A DNA stretch of 31,405 bases, from the NCBI GenBank assembly GCA_023261915.1, contig JALRFT010000134.1:1-31405 (forward strand), read 5' to 3'. The position numbers were made by a program, and so were the translations under genes. The stretch is from Acidimicrobiales bacterium. GTDB taxonomy: Bacteria; Actinomycetota; Acidimicrobiia; Acidimicrobiales; Acidimicrobilacustridaceae. The notes under the pieces were generated by a model that did no database searches, was not told the DNA's origin, and saw nothing but the letters and a program-made list of their open reading frames with translations. This document shows, one piece after another, positions 28,753 through 31,405 of this stretch; the first letter of the stretch is position 1; the number at the start of each line of letters is the position of its first letter.

Positions 28753-30105
28753 TCAGAAGGGAAGGGCGGCCGCCTGGAGGCTGCGCAGCTCGTCGAACAT
28801 GGCCCGACACGCCACCGGGTCAGCAGGGGCGTTGGGATCCTCGGTGAGGGCCTGCAAGGCCAGATCGGGATCTCCGGTCAGCGCCGAGTCAACGATGAGG
28901 TCCTGGAGTGCCACCTGGGGGGCGATCCAGCCGGCGATCGGATCGCCGACTGGCGGCATGGTGTCGGGATGGATCCCGTCCCCGTCCACGGTGGCCCCCA
29001 CCTCGACGATGGCCCCCTCGGCGACGTCGGGCAAAAAGCCTGCGTTGGGAACATTGACGGCCATGAGCCGCCGAGAGTTGCCCGTCCACATCGAGGTGAC
29101 GATGGGGATGACTTCCTCGGGACTGTGACCGATTCTCTGGAGCGGCAACGGCACTCGGGTCTTGCTCATCCACGTCGTGATGCGCTCGGCCCGCTGATCG
29201 AGAGATGAGAAGAACTCAACCCCGTTGGGATGGAAGTCGCCGATCTGTGTGGCAAACGGCAGGTATTCCCCAATGTGACTATCCACACTGCAGGGGACCA
29301 CACCCCACGTGCGCACCACATGGGCCACCACCGGGGAGTAGAGCTGCTCGGCGATGGCGCCGGTGGGGACGAAGCGAAGTGCCAACTTGGTGGCGGTGAT
29401 GGTGGGACCGGGGAAGTCGTAGATGCGACGGGCGAAGAGCTCGCGGATGCGCGGCAACAGGTCCTCGCCCGTTGACCGCTGACGGAACTCGGTGAAGAAG
29501 GTGAAGTGGTTGATGCCGGACGCCCGTGCGTCAATGTCGGACGATTTCACTCGCAACAGTTTCGAGAGTCGGGTGACGCCGGCGGGCATCTCGTGACACA
29601 TGCCCACGTTGCGCACCTTGGTGGCCCGATTGATGGCGAGAGAAACCCGACTCATCGGGTTCGTCAGGTTGATGAGGAAGGCGTCAGGCGAGTACTTCTC
29701 GATGTTGGCGCAGATGCCAAGGGTGTTCTTGATGCTGCGCAGTGAGTGGAACACAGCCCCCGGACCACCGTTCTCACCGTGGATCTGGCGGGCACCGTAA
29801 CGATTGGGGATCTCGTAGTCCTGGCGCCAGTGTTCAAATCGGCCGATCTCCGCACTCGAGATGACGAAGTCGGCTCCGTCGAGGGCCGTGCCCGGATCGG
29901 TGGACCGGTCGAGAATGACGGGAGAACCGTTGGCCGTGTTGAGTTTGTTGGCGAACCGCCACGCCCGATCGAGACGAGCCTCATTGATGTCGTGGAGCAT
30001 GAGCCGCGCCCCGGCCAACTCAGGGGTGCGAATGACGTCGTTGGCCATGACCGGCCCGAACGACATGCCGCCCGCACCCACCATCGTGATCTTCGGTCCC
30101 TGCAC
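28753..30105 (-). CDS. Glycoside hydrolase family 4 (NAD+/Mn2+-dependent; alpha-galactosidase/glucosidase-like)
   Basis: KITMVGAGG, GENGGPG, NLTNPM, GMCH (metal Cys), GINHF, DSHIGEY, IVEV. Start GTG 30105 (GGAGG upstream) or 30120/30126. Confidence 0.9.
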   Translation of the reverse strand: MQGPKITMVGAGGMSFGPVMANDVIRTPELAGARLMLHDINEARLDRAWRFANKLNTANGSPVILDRSTDPGTALDGADFVISSAEIGRFEHWRQDYEIPNRYGARQIHGENGGPGAVFHSLRSIKNTLGICANIEKYSPDAFLINLTNPMSRVSLAINRATKVRNVGMCHEMPAGVTRLSKLLRVKSSDIDARASGINHFTFFTEFRQRSTGEDLLPRIRELFARRIYDFPGPTITATKLALRFVPTGAIAEQLYSPVVAHVVRTWGVVPCSVDSHIGEYLPFATQIGDFHPNGVEFFSSLDQRAERITTWMSKTRVPLPLQRIGHSPEEVIPIVTSMWTGNSRRLMAVNVPNAGFLPDVAEGAIVEVGATVDGDGIHPDTMPPVGDPIAGWIAPQVALQDLIVDSALTGDPDLALQALTEDPNAPADPVACRAMFDELRSLQAAALPF

Positions 30106-30216
30106 CTGACGCTCCTCCATGCCCACACCGACGGTCGTGACGGACCGGATACTACGACGCCACCGACCACGGTGGGGCCGGTTTCGACCCGGGCCGTGGG
30201 GCCGTTGGTGCCAGGT

Positions 30217-31405
30217 TCAGTGAAGGTAACCGAGCGATTGGGCCGCAGCGGTCAATCCGTCGCGGTGCTCGGGGGCGGCGATGCCGATGAGGGCCCTGGC
30301 GCGCTGGGCGATGGTGCGGTCCCGGAGCTCGGCGACGCCGAACTCGGTGACCACCTTGTCGACGCGGTTCTTGTGGGCAGTGACCACAGCCCCGGGCCGC
30401 AGCGTCGGCACGATGCGACTCACCACCTCACCGGACGCCATGTCGTGGGCGGTGGCTCTGGTCACGATGAATCCCTGACCACCGGGTGCTTCAAACGTGG
30501 CTCGCACAAAATCGGCCTGACCGCCGGAAGACGAGATGTAGTTGGACCCGAGAGACTCCGACGCACACTGGCCCAAGAGATCGATCTCCATGGTCGAGTT
30601 GACCGCCACCATGTTGTGCTGGGCGACGATGCTGGCGAATGCATTGGTGGAATCCACCGGCCGGATCCGCACTGTGGGGTGATGATCGAGCGCGTCGTAG
30701 AGCGCTCTGCCGCCCAGCACGGAGGTGGCGACGACCAAACCCCGGTCGACGGTCTTGCGTGATCCGTCCGCCGCACCAGAAGCCACGAGACTGAAGAGGC
30801 CCTCGGCCATCAACTCCGTGTGGATCCCGAGGTGGCGATGATCCAGGAGATGGGAACACACGGCGTTAGGGACGTTGCCGATCCCGATCTGCAGCGTTGC
30901 ACCATTAGGGATCCGCTCCGCCACAAGGGCACTGATGGTGAGATCGGCATCACTGGGCTCAAGATTGGGTAATTCCGGGAGGGTGAGGTCAGTTTGGCAC
31001 CAGCCCACAACCTGATCGATGTGCACCCGGTGGTCGCCGAGAGTGTGAGGCATGTTGGGTGTGGCTTCGGCAAAGACCCTCGCCTCACCTAGGAACGCTG
31101 CGCAGTACTCGCCGTTGGTGCCCATCGACAGCCACCCGTCAGCGTCGGGAACCGATGTCGCGATGAGCACCAGCGGATCGGTCGTCGTCCGCCGCATGAT
31201 GCCCGGTGCCATCGAGAAATCGTTAGGGACGAGGTCCACCAGTCCCGCCTCAAACGGTTGACGCAAGAATGCAGAGAGGAAATAGGAGACGTGGCGCATT
31301 CCCGGGATCTGTCCGTGATGATGCGGTCGTTCCTTGAACGGCAGCATCTGGTGCACCCGGACGTTGCGCAGTTTGCCCTCGTCGCCGGCCGCCTCGATGG
31401 CGTCG
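30217..31405 (-). CDS. Acetyl-CoA hydrolase/CoA-transferase (4-hydroxybutyrate CoA-transferase-like), 5' end outside the window
   Basis: ATLQIGIG, GIHTE (catalytic Glu), GGQADF, VVTEFGVAELR; the frame stays open to the right edge (…DAIEAAGDEGKLRNVRVHQM). Confidence 0.92.
   Translation of the reverse strand, partial: DAIEAAGDEGKLRNVRVHQMLPFKERPHHHGQIPGMRHVSYFLSAFLRQPFEAGLVDLVPNDFSMAPGIMRRTTTDPLVLIATSVPDADGWLSMGTNGEYCAAFLGEARVFAEATPNMPHTLGDHRVHIDQVVGWCQTDLTLPELPNLEPSDADLTISALVAERIPNGATLQIGIGNVPNAVCSHLLDHRHLGIHTELMAEGLFSLVASGAADGSRKTVDRGLVVATSVLGGRALYDALDHHPTVRIRPVDSTNAFASIVAQHNMVAVNSTMEIDLLGQCASESLGSNYISSSGGQADFVRATFEAPGGQGFIVTRATAHDMASGEVVSRIVPTLRPGAVVTAHKNRVDKVVTEFGVAELRDRTIAQRARALIGIAAPEHRDGLTAAAQSLGYLH

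Noticed and set aside
30167-30199. Hairpin with a TTCG loop between the CoA-transferase and GH4 genes
   Set aside because: Interrupted stem and no U-tract; could be a terminator but is not distinguishable from chance in GC-rich DNA.

Overview
High-GC actinobacterial chromosomal segment. Gene content (Asp-type MurA, actinobacterial GlpX, PASTA kinase, several unfamiliar conserved-looking hypotheticals) suggests an Acidimicrobiia-like organism, which is an inference. It is densely coding, with about 30 genes, mostly housekeeping and lipid metabolism: PASTA Ser/Thr kinase, HAD hydrolase, ligA, single-barrel MetE-like protein, mnmA, cysteine desulfurase, rhomboid, enoyl-CoA hydratase, mscL, meaB, NifU-like protein, murA, MFS transporter, L,D-transpeptidase, alpha/beta hydrolase, J-domain protein, glpX, two P450s, acyl-CoA desaturase, sulfite-oxidase-family molybdoprotein, Sua5, extended SDR, GH4 and a CoA-transferase cut by the window edge. 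I saw no rRNA, tRNA, CRISPR array, transposase, integrase or defence genes. The best leads for undescribed biology are: (1) an MFS transporter with an N-terminal SRPBCC/START-like domain, translationally coupled to an L,D-transpeptidase and divergent from murA; (2) a J-domain protein / KANL3-Tex30-type hydrolase / tandem-repeat acidic protein cluster; (3) an orphan MetE-like Zn-thiol enzyme in the desulfurase-mnmA-ligA neighbourhood. About 17 genes have an xAnnnT hexamer 6-8 nt before the start codon (leaderless-type promoters), which I used to refine start sites. All family assignments come from motif recognition by eye; no database searches were run.
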